DNA of 64,000 bases. It comes from Candidatus Lloydbacteria bacterium (GTDB lineage Bacteria; Patescibacteriota; Minisyncoccia; Phycocordibacterales; UBA6899). Positions 19,651-29,160 of the stretch are shown here, piece by piece. Position numbers and translations under genes: made by a program. Every line of letters begins with the position of its first letter. Positions within the stretch are counted from its first letter, which is position 1. Location: NCBI GenBank assembly GCA_043719805.1, contig JAYSTI010000001.1, positions 80,230-144,229 on the forward strand, given 5' to 3'. The notes under the pieces are model-generated. The model was not told the origin of the DNA and searched no databases. It saw nothing but the letters and a program-made list of their open reading frames with translations.

Positions 19651-20370
19651 CTATTGCTTTTTGTCGTCTTCCTGCCAGCCCTTTTTGTCGAGAGCGGACT
19701 GTGCCGCCACCTGCTCCGCGTCCTGTTTAGACGCCCCAAGTCCCGATGCAATAAGCTCGCTCCCAAGATACACGCCAACATCAAAACGCTTGTCGTGATC
19801 CGGTCCGGTTTCTTTGAGTACGATGTAGTTTGGGGTGATGCCCGTGCGTTCCTGCGCCTCCTCCTGAAAGCGACTCTTCGCATCTTGCCACAGGCGCTTC
19901 CCCACCACCTCGTCGAGGCGATTGAACAAGCTTCGTGCAATGAATTCTTTCGCTGCGTTGTAACCCTGGTCGAGAAATACCGCACCGATGACCGCCTCGA
20001 AGGTATTGGCGAGAATATACGAACGCGCGCGTCCTACGTCCTTTGTCTCTCCGCGTGAAAGCAAGAGATATTCATTCATATTCCAATCCGATGCGGCGTC
20101 TGATATCGAGTTGGTATTCACCAATGCCGATCGGTACGCCGTGAGTCTCCCCTCAGGCTCATCGGGATATTTCGCAAAAAGATATTCTGTTATGACAAGC
20201 TCAAGTACCGCATCGCCGAGAAACTCGAGGCGCTCGTTGTGCTTCATGTTTGTTCCGCGGTGCTCGTTCAAATATGAGCGATGCGTAAAAGCTTCACGCA
20301 GAAGCGTAAGGTCGTTGAACGTGACCCCCATTTCGGTCGCAAATTTTTCGTATTCAGCTAAATTATCCAT
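19651..20370 (-). CDS. rnc: Ribonuclease III
   Basis: HNERLEFLGDAVLEL, ANTFEAVIGA, dsRBD GPDHDKRF. Confidence 0.97.
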   Translation of the reverse strand: MDNLAEYEKFATEMGVTFNDLTLLREAFTHRSYLNEHRGTNMKHNERLEFLGDAVLELVITEYLFAKYPDEPEGRLTAYRSALVNTNSISDAASDWNMNEYLLLSRGETKDVGRARSYILANTFEAVIGAVFLDQGYNAAKEFIARSLFNRLDEVVGKRLWQDAKSRFQEEAQERTGITPNYIVLKETGPDHDKRFDVGVYLGSELIASGLGASKQDAEQVAAQSALDKKGWQEDDKKQ

Positions 20371-20545
20371 ACCAGAACCTATCTCAAAAGCACTCGTTTT
20401 TTCCCACGTAAGCGTGGAGGAGTGTTTTTGAGAGCGGTCCTATTGTGAAATTACCACAGAACGTACTTTCTGGCAAACTATTGACTATTTCATATATTTG
20501 TGTACTATTACTTTGGATTACCCCGCAACCGCACAGGAGAATGCA

Positions 20546-20926
20546 ATGATTCCTCGCCTCGAATTTCCTGACAAAGCCGCGTCCGCCGATTTCATGACCA
20601 ATGCCCTCAAGGCCGAGTTCGATCACCAAGGACTCAATGAACTCGAACGCATGTGTGTGGCCGACATGATCATGCGCGACGAAATCGGGACCGGGACGCT
20701 GCTCCGCACTGTGATCTTTGCACATCTTTGCGCCAACGGTTTCACCCGCGGGCAGGTCGAAACGAAGATCGTGAACTTGCCCGATGACTTCCTCGAGCGC
20801 ATCGCGACTGAGGTCACACAGAGCGCCATCGCCGCAGGAATGGTGAGCCCGGCCGATGTGCTCCAGTCCCTTGCGAACAAAGTCATCGAGTACTGGAACG
20901 CGGAGCCGCTGCCGACCGCCACCTGA
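20546..20926 (+). CDS. Hypothetical protein
   Basis: TTGACT...TACTAT promoter, SD AGGAG, terminator ACTCCCCC..GGGGGAGT. Confidence 0.65.
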   Translation: MIPRLEFPDKAASADFMTNALKAEFDHQGLNELERMCVADMIMRDEIGTGTLLRTVIFAHLCANGFTRGQVETKIVNLPDDFLERIATEVTQSAIAAGMVSPADVLQSLANKVIEYWNAEPLPTAT

Positions 20927-20997
20927 GCCACGACCCACGGCTTACTCCCCCTACACGAGGGGGAGTTTTATTATCAAAAAGATGCAGAGCGCACGCA

Positions 20998-21912
20998 CTA
21001 TGCACTCTTGGCCATCAGCGACGTAATCGCCTTGGTGATGATGGGCAGTATGTCGTCGTAGATGTTGAGGTCCAAAAGCTCTGACGCCTTGAACCAGCGC
21101 GCGTCGTCGAGGCCACCCTTCCCTTCTTCGAGCTCGAGCGGTTGAAATGGTGCTTCACCCAAAAAGTAATAGACGTGTTTACGAATCTTGCCCTTCTCGG
21201 GATGCGATGCGATGTACTCATTCTCGCCAAGCTTCTCGACGATGACGATGTCCGCGTTCATCTCTTCTTTGATTTCGCGAATGGTTCCCTGCTCGGCGTC
21301 TTCGCCCTCCTCGATGTGCCCCTTCGAGAGCGTCCAGTGTCCGAAAATGTCATGCACAAGTGCGAGGTGGAGTTCGCCTTTCTCATCGCGGCCGTAGACG
21401 ACTGCGCCACCCAACTGCTCGAGCGGAAGTGTCGCCGGGTCTATCAATGCATTTTTCTTGTCGCGCGATTGGGTCGTTTCATCTTTGCCCGGCTCACCGA
21501 TTTCTTTGTATACCGCACCCAAAACTCCGTTCACGAATTTGCCGCTGTTCTCTCCGCCGAATGTTTTTGCAAGCTCGATTGCTTCGTTGATGGCGACCTT
21601 CGGCGGGACTTCGTTGCGGTCACCAAAAAGCAGCTCATAGAGCCCAATACGCAGAACGTTGCGGTCTACTACCGAGATACGATCAATAGGCCATGCGGGA
21701 GCGGCCTTTTCGATAATGAGGTCAAGTTCTACTTGTTTCGCCAATACGTTCTGCAGGAGGTCTGACATGAACGTGGCGTCATTTAGCCCGGGAGCAAACT
21801 CTTCGATATTCCGAGCAAGTACTTCATCAACGTCTCCAATTTTGTGGGCGTTGAAGTCCCACTCAAAGAGGGATTGCAATACTATGCTTCTGGAAAGGTG
21901 CCTGTTCGCCAT
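20998..21912 (-). CDS. nusB: Transcription antitermination factor NusB fused to C-terminal NUDIX hydrolase
   Basis: DRNVLRIGLYEL, VAINEAIELAKTFG, FVNGVLG; then KGHIEEGE...REIKEEM Nudix box. Confidence 0.92.
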   Translation of the reverse strand: MANRHLSRSIVLQSLFEWDFNAHKIGDVDEVLARNIEEFAPGLNDATFMSDLLQNVLAKQVELDLIIEKAAPAWPIDRISVVDRNVLRIGLYELLFGDRNEVPPKVAINEAIELAKTFGGENSGKFVNGVLGAVYKEIGEPGKDETTQSRDKKNALIDPATLPLEQLGGAVVYGRDEKGELHLALVHDIFGHWTLSKGHIEEGEDAEQGTIREIKEEMNADIVIVEKLGENEYIASHPEKGKIRKHVYYFLGEAPFQPLELEEGKGGLDDARWFKASELLDLNIYDDILPIITKAITSLMAKSA

Positions 21913-21999
21913 ATAAGGTTCTTCATGAACAGTATAATCAAACTAGCGCTATATAGTCAAGAAAACCCCACTTTAATGGGGTTTTCATGTTTGTAATTG

Positions 22000-22317
22000 C
22001 TATTTTTTCTCCTTCTTTTCCTTTACCTCATTCTTCTCTTTTTTCTCTTTTGTTACTTTTGCTTCTTTCTTAGCCGGCTTCTTTGTCTCATTCTTCTTTT
22101 CCGGCTTTGCGCCTTCCAACTTCTTAGCAGCTTTTACGGCCTTCTTGAGGACGTCTACGACTAATCGGCCGCGGTATTTGCCGCAGTTCGAACAAACGCG
22201 ATGCATCAGATGCTTTGCTTTACAGTCTTTGCAGGTCTCAAAACGCGCCACTTTAAGGGCGTGATGGGAGCGGCGATTGCGGGTATGCCCGCTTGTGTGT
22301 CTCATGTGTACTACCAT
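22000..22317 (-). CDS. rpmF: 50S ribosomal protein L32
   Basis: RRSHHAL...CKDC...HRVCSNCGKYRGR with Lys-rich tail. Confidence 0.93.
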   Translation of the reverse strand: MVVHMRHTSGHTRNRRSHHALKVARFETCKDCKAKHLMHRVCSNCGKYRGRLVVDVLKKAVKAAKKLEGAKPEKKNETKKPAKKEAKVTKEKKEKNEVKEKKEKK

Positions 22318-22407
22318 AGTGCTCTAGAGTATACGCAAATCAATTTTTTTCGCAAGTTTTCTGGGGACATGCTAGGATTTGTGAGGAAAAACAGTGTGGA
22401 GCATGGT

Positions 22408-22716
22408 ATGACCAAGCAATCTATCGACGAGATGATCCTTGACCCCGGTTTGTCTGACGACGCGGTGCACGACGAGCTCGTGAACGCACCAATGGATGGT
22501 GTTCCTGATGTGCATCGTGACGGCCTCACGCACGACGAATGGATCGAGCAAATGGAAGCATTCCAGGAACAGCTCAATCGGCAAGGGGAGCTGCTCCGAA
22601 AGCATCGCCCGCAAGTTTGGGAGCGCATCGTCAGGGAGACGCTCGAACAACACAATGGTTGTTGCGGCGGATGCGGCGGAGATGAAGGCTGCACCGGAGG
22701 AGGCTGCAAGCATTGA
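22408..22716 (+). CDS. Hypothetical protein with Cys/Gly-rich C-terminus
   Basis: SD GGAG; ends GCCGGCGGDEGCTGGGCKH. Confidence 0.6.
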   Translation: MTKQSIDEMILDPGLSDDAVHDELVNAPMDGVPDVHRDGLTHDEWIEQMEAFQEQLNRQGELLRKHRPQVWERIVRETLEQHNGCCGGCGGDEGCTGGGCKH

Positions 22717-22753
22717 AAAAAACCCCGCGTGTGCGGGGTTTTGTTTATAGGGT

Positions 22754-23029
22754 CTATCCAGGTAATGCTGGGTGGGAGAAAACGGTGAATCCCCACTCTT
22801 CTTCTTGCAAGACGAGTGCGATGAAATGCTGCAGATCTTTCGCGGTCACGCCTTCGACCCAGATGTTGAAGTGTTTCTCGGTCACAACCACTTCACACTG
22901 CGGAAAGCCGCGCTCCACTCGGTCGAACAATGCGTTCTCCCAATCCCCGGTCAGCCCCGACACCGTCACGACGCTCTCGTTTGTCGCGGAAAATGAAAGG
23001 ATGACTGCCTTGTCACCATTATCGGTCAT
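22754..23029 (-). CDS. Small hypothetical protein (possible paralog of 23174..23419)
   Basis: 91 aa, SD GAGGAG, terminator AAAACCCCGCGTGTGCGGGGTTTT. Confidence 0.6.
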   Translation of the reverse strand: MTDNGDKAVILSFSATNESVVTVSGLTGDWENALFDRVERGFPQCEVVVTEKHFNIWVEGVTAKDLQHFIALVLQEEEWGFTVFSHPALPG

Positions 23030-23173
23030 GCGCGCTACTCCTCTGTTGAAATCGATGAACTAACGATGAAGCCAATCTACCGCGCAGAATTAATTTGTAA
23101 AGGTCATATTCGGGTGCACGCGCCCATGAAAAAACCCCGCATGCGGGGTTTTCGATTGCCTGAGACAAGAACA

Positions 23174-23419
23174 TCAGTCGGGTGCGACCTCGTAACCCGC
23201 TTCCTCGCAGTGATTGACGATGCGGAGGTAAAGGCGCAGTGAGAGCTCGGGGGCAATAGAGAATGCGTACGGAGGCCCGACTGATGCGGAAATTGTCGAT
23301 TCGCCGAACTCACTCTCCATATCACCATAGAGCTCGTCCAGTTCTTCCGGGGAAAGTCCGGCGACAGAAATGCGACCGGCATGTTTGCTCGGCGAAATTA
23401 CGACCATCTTCGTTGCCAT
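23174..23419 (-). CDS. Small hypothetical protein (possible paralog of 22754..23029)
   Basis: 81 aa, TTGACG...TACTAT promoter, terminator AAAACCCCGCATGCGGGGTTTT. Confidence 0.6.
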   Translation of the reverse strand: MATKMVVISPSKHAGRISVAGLSPEELDELYGDMESEFGESTISASVGPPYAFSIAPELSLRLYLRIVNHCEEAGYEVAPD

Positions 23420-23487
23420 TCGGTGTTCCTATGTACGCGTTGTCCTAAAATGTATAGTACTGTTTTTCTTATCTGCGTCAATGGCCA

Positions 23488-25239
23488 CTAGTTTGCATTC
23501 AACGCGGCGCGTGTGGAGGGACCGACACTGCCCACTTGTTCGAGACCCTTTGATGCTTGGAATTTTTTGACGGCCTCTGCGGTAGTAGCGTCAAACGTAC
23601 TCCCTGCGACTCTGAGGAGGAAGCCGAGTTTCGCGAGTTTCATCTCCATCTGCAAGACCTCGTTGCCGCTTGCACCAAGCGCGAGTGGTAATGTGAAACG
23701 ATAGTTTGCACCCGTGGTCGTGGTAGCGCCGACGCCTCCGACTACTGCATTCAGTTTTGCCCGTGTGCCCGGACCCACATTCCCCACCGACTCGAGACCC
23801 TTGGACGCTTGGAATTTTTTGACGGCCACGGCGGTAAGCGGGCCGAAATTACCATTTGGAATTGCGGTTAAAAATCCTAGTCGAACGAGTAACTGTTGAA
23901 GTGCAAGCACCTCGGTACCGGAAGAACCGATGGCGAGACTTTTTGCAAAGTAGTATCCGGGCGCTTGCGGTGCCATGAGTCCCGCGACCGGAGGAGCTAT
24001 TGGAGCGGCGACCGCACTGACAACAGGAATCGGTACGACGATGACGGCGGCGGGCACAACCTTGATATCCTTGCGAACGGATGCGTAGTTGCCGTAAGTA
24101 TCAGTCGCGTTTATCGCGATGTTGTGAAGGCCGATATCACCGGACTTGGGCGTCCAAACAAAAAGTCCTGATGCACTGATGTTGTCGGTCGTTATCGATG
24201 AGCCACCGGGATAGTTATCCGATGCGGTATATGTCGGAGTTGCAAGCCCCACCAAATTCACATTAAATTTCACAAGTGTCCCGACAGTCACCGTATCACC
24301 GGGAGTAAGCCCGTCGATGGCAAGTGCCGGGTCCTGTACGGTGATTATCTGATTGAGAACGGAAATTGCTCCGGTGCTATCACTGATAACAACATTAATA
24401 TTGTGCACTCCGGTTTGACTCCGAAGCGGTACCCATGAAAATGAGCCTCCGGCAGTCATGCTGTCACTCGTGATGGTGGTTGGGGAATACGTGTCACGCA
24501 CCGTAATTGTCGGCGAAGTAAATCCGGGTGCGGTCACACTAAAAGACACCGTCGCCCCCACCGGAGTGGTCGTCCCGGGAATAAGAGAAACAATCTCAGG
24601 TTTTGGTGCAGGACTCACGGTAATATCCTGAGTTAATTCCGCATAGTGACTTGATCGATCAGAAACATTAATCATCATTTTGTGCGGCCCGATATCTGAG
24701 TATTGCGGCCACCAAGAAAACGCGCCGGAAGAGTTGAGTCTGGAATTTGAAAGCGTACTTCCACCGACACTGTCCCCCAGCCAGAACGTCGGGCTTGTAA
24801 AACCGACGGGGGTTACCTGAAACGTCATTTGCTTTCCCACATACGCGGCAGGACCGTTGACCATTCCCGTAATCGAAATACTCGGCAAAATGACGGTAAT
24901 GGACTGGGCGACCGTCGCAGAATTTCCGGCATTATCCGTAGCGGAAATAGTGATATTATGCACGCCCACATCGCGATTCGTTGGCGTCCAAGAAAAATTT
25001 CCGGAAGCATTGATGTTGGGGGTCAGACTGGTCCCCGCATCGTCTACTGTATACGTCGGCGAAGTCAGGCCTGTTTGAACGACCGAGAATGTTACCGGGG
25101 AATTTATCGATACCGTCGTACCCGGAGAAAGCGACTGGATAGTTAGCGATCCGGCGGCCTCTACAAATGACAGCGGCGTGAGTAGAGCGAATAAAAAAGA
25201 AATAAAATAAAAGGAGCTACTGCGTAGTGCGTGTATCAT
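23488..25239 (-). CDS. Secreted protein with four Ig/cadherin-like repeats and two peptidoglycan-binding domains
   Basis: Signal peptide; 4x G.FSW.P...G.H.I repeats; 2x L..GS.G.EV..LQ...AVKKFQ...G.VGP.TRA. Confidence 0.85.
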   Translation of the reverse strand: MIHALRSSSFYFISFLFALLTPLSFVEAAGSLTIQSLSPGTTVSINSPVTFSVVQTGLTSPTYTVDDAGTSLTPNINASGNFSWTPTNRDVGVHNITISATDNAGNSATVAQSITVILPSISITGMVNGPAAYVGKQMTFQVTPVGFTSPTFWLGDSVGGSTLSNSRLNSSGAFSWWPQYSDIGPHKMMINVSDRSSHYAELTQDITVSPAPKPEIVSLIPGTTTPVGATVSFSVTAPGFTSPTITVRDTYSPTTITSDSMTAGGSFSWVPLRSQTGVHNINVVISDSTGAISVLNQIITVQDPALAIDGLTPGDTVTVGTLVKFNVNLVGLATPTYTASDNYPGGSSITTDNISASGLFVWTPKSGDIGLHNIAINATDTYGNYASVRKDIKVVPAAVIVVPIPVVSAVAAPIAPPVAGLMAPQAPGYYFAKSLAIGSSGTEVLALQQLLVRLGFLTAIPNGNFGPLTAVAVKKFQASKGLESVGNVGPGTRAKLNAVVGGVGATTTTGANYRFTLPLALGASGNEVLQMEMKLAKLGFLLRVAGSTFDATTAEAVKKFQASKGLEQVGSVGPSTRAALNAN

Positions 25240-25417
25240 ACTCCTATTCTACTACTGTATAAATGATACGACAACAAAATATGCACCTATGGCGCCTACC
25301 GCAATATGTGCAGTCAGGACATAAGATGGCAAATGGAGTACGAGAAGAAAACTTGCTCCAGATTGACAGCTATCGTCACTCGACTATCATGCATATTGGA
25401 CTTGTTCAGGAGAAGAA

Positions 25418-25825
25418 ATGTTCAAAACAGTGCTCGCCCTATTCCTCTCAGTTTTTTTGCCGCTTGCTGTGGCGCAACAGCCTCGAGGCATAACTCCCGC
25501 AAATTATTCCGGAGTAGTAGTCGACGTTTCGTGCGTGATTCGCGGAGTACCGATCAGGGTCTATGGCGAAGTTATCGTCGTCAGCGTAAAGCAACGCATA
25601 CAAGCCATTACATACTCAAAAGGGGGTAAGGTGGTGGCGCGTTCCTCTATGACGATTGAAAATACGACACTACTGGGAATGTCGACTGATTTATTGGACG
25701 CCACCGGTGGAGTTGTTCGCACAATACCATCCGGCAAGCCAATGGAAGCGTCGGAGGCCATACGAGTGGCACTCGGCGTTTCGGCAAGTGAGCTCAAAGA
25801 GTGTGTATCTCGCAAAACAAAATGA
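25418..25825 (+). CDS. Hypothetical secreted protein
   Basis: Signal peptide; TTGACA...CATATT promoter; SD AGGAG. Confidence 0.65.
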   Translation: MFKTVLALFLSVFLPLAVAQQPRGITPANYSGVVVDVSCVIRGVPIRVYGEVIVVSVKQRIQAITYSKGGKVVARSSMTIENTTLLGMSTDLLDATGGVVRTIPSGKPMEASEAIRVALGVSASELKECVSRKTK

Positions 25826-25860
25826 AAAATGGTGCAAAAAGCGGACGCATGTCCGTTTTT

Positions 25861-26463
25861 TTACAAAAAATTATTTGTAATCCGCGTGCAAAAACTTCGA
25901 CGATGAATCGGGGACATTCCGTATTTTTTTATCGCCGCCATGTGTAATGCGGTGCCGTAGCCGACATGTCGGTCGAAGCCGTACGCGGAATATTTTTTAT
26001 GCATGCGCAACATGAGTCGGTCGCGCTCAACCTTCGCAACTACTGAAGCGATGGCGATAATGGTTTCCTTTGCATCTCCGCGGATGATGGTTGCTTGATT
26101 CATGAATTCCGCAGGAGCACGCAATCCACCATCGAGGAGAACGCGGACGTTCTTCGGGTTTGGCGAAAGTTTTTTGAGACCACATAAGGCTGCCTTATGT
26201 ATAGCGGGGTTGACTCCCCTCCTGTCTATCATCTGCGCGGAAACGAAGGACACGGCAAATTGAATTCCGCTTTTCGGCGCACAAATTTTTTTGTACCATT
26301 CTTCACGTTGAATGCGAGACAGTTGTTTTGATTCTTTTATTTTTTTAAATTTACGAATTGTGGCACGAGTCGCCATCGCAACGCCAACGGCCACAGGACC
26401 CGCAAGCGGCCCACGCCCCACTTCGTCCACACCTATGATAAATTTTACTTTGGCATTCTTCAC
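25861..26463 (-). CDS. rnhB: Ribonuclease HII
   Basis: GVDEVGRGPLAGPV, ESKQL, LDG, IAIASVVAKVERD, HRRSF. Confidence 0.95.
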   Translation of the reverse strand: MKNAKVKFIIGVDEVGRGPLAGPVAVGVAMATRATIRKFKKIKESKQLSRIQREEWYKKICAPKSGIQFAVSFVSAQMIDRRGVNPAIHKAALCGLKKLSPNPKNVRVLLDGGLRAPAEFMNQATIIRGDAKETIIAIASVVAKVERDRLMLRMHKKYSAYGFDRHVGYGTALHMAAIKKYGMSPIHRRSFCTRITNNFL

Positions 26464-26501
26464 GTATTTCAGTATACAACCTAAAACATGAGGATATGTT
26501 C

Positions 26502-26563
26502 GGCAAAGAAAGAAAAAGAGCGACCTTGCGGTCGCTCATTGCACAAAATGTGCGAAACTTACT
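26502..26563 (-). terminator. Duplicated 3' module (terminator) 1, near-identical to 28074..28132
   Basis: GAGCGACCTTGCGGTCGCTC hairpin plus TGCACA..TGTGCG hairpin; T-rich tail on minus strand. Confidence 0.8.
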
Positions 26564-27953
26564 TCAGACTTGCCGATTCCTCACCGGCAGCACCATCCAC
26601 GGGCTGCACTGCTTCTTTGACGGCCGGAGCCACGAGCGTCATGCCCATCTTGCCCTTCAGTGCACCCAGGATCGCTTCACCTTGAGGGGTGTTGCTGAGC
26701 GCCTCGAGCATGCCGCCCAGAGCCAGTCCGCCCTTCGGGGAGAACAGGTCCATGGCGCTCTTCACGCCGGTGCTGATGTCGCCCGCATTGGCGATGACCT
26801 TGATCTCTGCGGCCTTCAGCGCTTCCGCTTGTGCGGTGCCCACAACCTGATTCGCTTCGACAGTGCGGAGCGTCACGAGGTACTGCTGGTAACCGGCATT
26901 CTCGCCGATTTCCTTCGCGAGGGTGATCTGCGCCGTGACCGGAGCCATGAGCAGCGCCGTTTCCGCCGCAGCCTTTGCTTCGCCGGCAACACGAACGCCT
27001 TCCGAATGACGCTGCGTCGCTGCAAGTGCACCTTCGGCCTCAAGTGTGACGGTCTGCTTGGTCTGCTCGGCAGCAACCACGGCGGCTTCACGCGTGATCT
27101 CGGCCTGACGCACCTGCTCGACTTTCTTCACGTCCATGGCACGCTCCATGGTCACTTTTTCCTCGGCCTTCACTTCCTGATGGGCCTTCTGGAGCGCGAT
27201 ACCGACGGCCTTGTCTTTGTCCGCTGTGCGCTGACCAACGGCCTGCTGGGCTTCTTGCTCGCGAATGTCGACGGTCTGCTTGGCGTTGATTTCAGCAGTC
27301 TCGGCAGCCTGATTATTCTGCGCAACGGCTACGCGACTTTCCATCGCAATGTGCGACGTCTTCTTCGCCATGATGTTGGTAATGACCTTGCTGTCATGGC
27401 CGTCGCGAATGTCCATGAGTTCCATCGTCTTCACAGACTCGACGCCCCATTGCTTGAGTTGCTCTGCGACTTCCGCAGTGAACGCCTGTCCAAACTTGGC
27501 GCGCTCGAGCATGATGACGTCGATGACGTCGGACGCGAGCACCTTTCGTACGGCACCCTTCGTGATTAGGTCAAGCTGCTCTTTCAGCCCCTCGACCGTT
27601 GCAACACGCTGCGCCGCAAGCGAAGTCTCGGCAATGCGATAGAACGCAGTGACGTCGACCTTGAATGGGACGCGGTCCTTGTCGTATGCCTCATAGCCTT
27701 CCAGCTTGAGGTTGAAGTTGCTCACGGGCAGCACGATGCGCGTGACGCCGATGATCGGCACCCAGCTCGGCCAGTTGTAATAGACGTTGCCGCCTTCCTG
27801 TCCGGTACCGTACGATGTCGTCTTCTTCTTGGACTGCACGATGTGCACCATGTTGGTCTCGACGACCTTACGGAAGATGAGAGGGATGAATATGCCGACA
27901 ACAAGAAGGACGATGAGTCCGACGACCCCACCAAGCAAGGAGATGATTTCCAT
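26559..27953 (-). CDS. SPFH/flotillin family membrane protein
   Basis: N-terminal TM, SPFH-like domain (DKDRVPFKVDVTAFYRI), AE/AEA-rich coiled coil. Confidence 0.88.
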   Translation of the reverse strand: MEIISLLGGVVGLIVLLVVGIFIPLIFRKVVETNMVHIVQSKKKTTSYGTGQEGGNVYYNWPSWVPIIGVTRIVLPVSNFNLKLEGYEAYDKDRVPFKVDVTAFYRIAETSLAAQRVATVEGLKEQLDLITKGAVRKVLASDVIDVIMLERAKFGQAFTAEVAEQLKQWGVESVKTMELMDIRDGHDSKVITNIMAKKTSHIAMESRVAVAQNNQAAETAEINAKQTVDIREQEAQQAVGQRTADKDKAVGIALQKAHQEVKAEEKVTMERAMDVKKVEQVRQAEITREAAVVAAEQTKQTVTLEAEGALAATQRHSEGVRVAGEAKAAAETALLMAPVTAQITLAKEIGENAGYQQYLVTLRTVEANQVVGTAQAEALKAAEIKVIANAGDISTGVKSAMDLFSPKGGLALGGMLEALSNTPQGEAILGALKGKMGMTLVAPAVKEAVQPVDGAAGEESASLK

Positions 27954-28065
27954 TCCAGATTTCCTTTTCAATTCAGAGAACACACGCAATTACCCTTGCG
28001 TTATGGGTCGCCACTTTCGTAGCATTTTCCGAGTGCACACTACCATCATCGACAATGAGTGTCAA
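27954..28065 (-). promoter_or_regulatory. Sigma70 promoter plus conserved structured 5' leader, copy 1
   Basis: TTGACA-17-TAGTGT; leader GGAAAATGCTAC-GAAA-GTGGCGACCCATAACGCAA-GGGTAA-TTGCGT. Confidence 0.7.
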
Positions 28066-28073
28066 TAAAAAAT

Positions 28074-28132
28074 GGCAAAGAAAAAAGAGCGACCTTGCGG
28101 TCGCTCATTGCACAAACTGTGCGAACTTACTT
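28074..28132 (-). terminator. Duplicated 3' module (terminator) 2
   Basis: Near-identical to 26502..26563 including final AAG TAA codons. Confidence 0.8.
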
Positions 28133-28732
28133 CTTGGCCAGCGGATCTGCCGGCGCCGTCTTGGCAGGAGCAGAACGATCCGGCTCGTTCACGGCACCTT
28201 TCTGGGGCCACGGGAAAGCGCTGACCTTCTCCTCGGCATACACCGCTTCCGCCTTGTTGTTGATCGGACTGATGCAAATGATGCCCGTACCTTCGGCAGT
28301 CGACGGCGGGAAGACCCCGTTGGGTTCGGCTTGGGGCAAACGTGTCACTCCCCAAGTCCAGCCATGTTCCGAGTCAGCGCCATAGCGAGGGTCCCGCACG
28401 CGGTAACGCTGCATGGATTCGCCGGCGGAGTACTGCGTGCCCCCCGGAATCGGATAGCCGATGGAATCGCAGAAATAAATCCATTGACCCTGCATGTTCT
28501 TCGTGTAGGTGTAGGTCAGGAGATTCGCCTTGTCGCGCTGCTCGTACCAGTACCGGACACCACGCATGTCGCGGTAGTTGACGATGTCCGGCATGCCGAC
28601 CTGTTGCGCGCCCTCCAGGTTGATCGCCGCCTGCTGGTCACGCTGTGCATCGTTGGCAGTGGCCGGCGGAGGCTTTTGGCAGCCCGCGAGTGCGAGGCCG
28701 ACGAACAAGAGGGCAATCAGTTGGGTTTTCAT
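28127..28732 (-). CDS. Putative lipoprotein of a family I recall from phage genomes
   Basis: Lipobox LAGC; GMPDIVNY, GYPIPGGTQYS, LPQAEPNGVF motifs. Confidence 0.75.
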   Translation of the reverse strand: MKTQLIALLFVGLALAGCQKPPPATANDAQRDQQAAINLEGAQQVGMPDIVNYRDMRGVRYWYEQRDKANLLTYTYTKNMQGQWIYFCDSIGYPIPGGTQYSAGESMQRYRVRDPRYGADSEHGWTWGVTRLPQAEPNGVFPPSTAEGTGIICISPINNKAEAVYAEEKVSAFPWPQKGAVNEPDRSAPAKTAPADPLAKK

Positions 28733-28770
28733 CTTTGTTTCCTTCAGGTGATGGTGGGATGGAAGCGGGC

Positions 28771-29160
28771 TTACTGGCCAGCGCCGGGCGAGCAGTCGAA
28801 GGCTTGGCCTTGATGCTGACGGAGACAGACCATGAAAGCACGGAGGTCGCGCGGCAGACTCTCGTCCGGGTACTCGCCGTATTGCTGGATGATCACGGAA
28901 CCGAGGCCGGCACGACGGTCGGGCGGGGCGGTGATGTAGTTCATCTGCGCATCGCGGATGTTCTTGATCGTGCCCGCGTTGTACGACCTCGATTGCTCGA
29001 AGGTCTCGCGACGGACCTGCTCTTCTTGAGGTGCGAACACCTTTTCCTTGGCCAGGCTGTTGGCACGGGAGAACCAGCCGAGGCTCGTCGAGACGACGAC
29101 GAGGGCGAGGAGGGCAGCGAGAGCGGCGGCGATGGCGGCGAGAACGTGGGAAGTTTTCAT
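28771..29160 (-). CDS. Membrane-anchored hypothetical protein, co-transcribed with the lipoprotein
   Basis: N-terminal TM; FAPQEEQVRRETFEQSRSY motif. Confidence 0.75.
   Translation of the reverse strand: MKTSHVLAAIAAALAALLALVVVSTSLGWFSRANSLAKEKVFAPQEEQVRRETFEQSRSYNAGTIKNIRDAQMNYITAPPDRRAGLGSVIIQQYGEYPDESLPRDLRAFMVCLRQHQGQAFDCSPGAGQ

Noticed and set aside
26496-27569. Long antisense ORFs (e.g. 357 aa opposite flotillin; 289 aa opposite rnr; 293 aa opposite the dehydrogenase)
   Set aside because: Shadow ORFs caused by codon bias of well-supported genes on the other strand.
27954-28030. c-di-GMP-I (GEMM) riboswitch call
   Set aside because: Only a P2-like GAAA hairpin resembles it; there is no P1 or P3 tetraloop receptor. 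Kept as an unknown leader.
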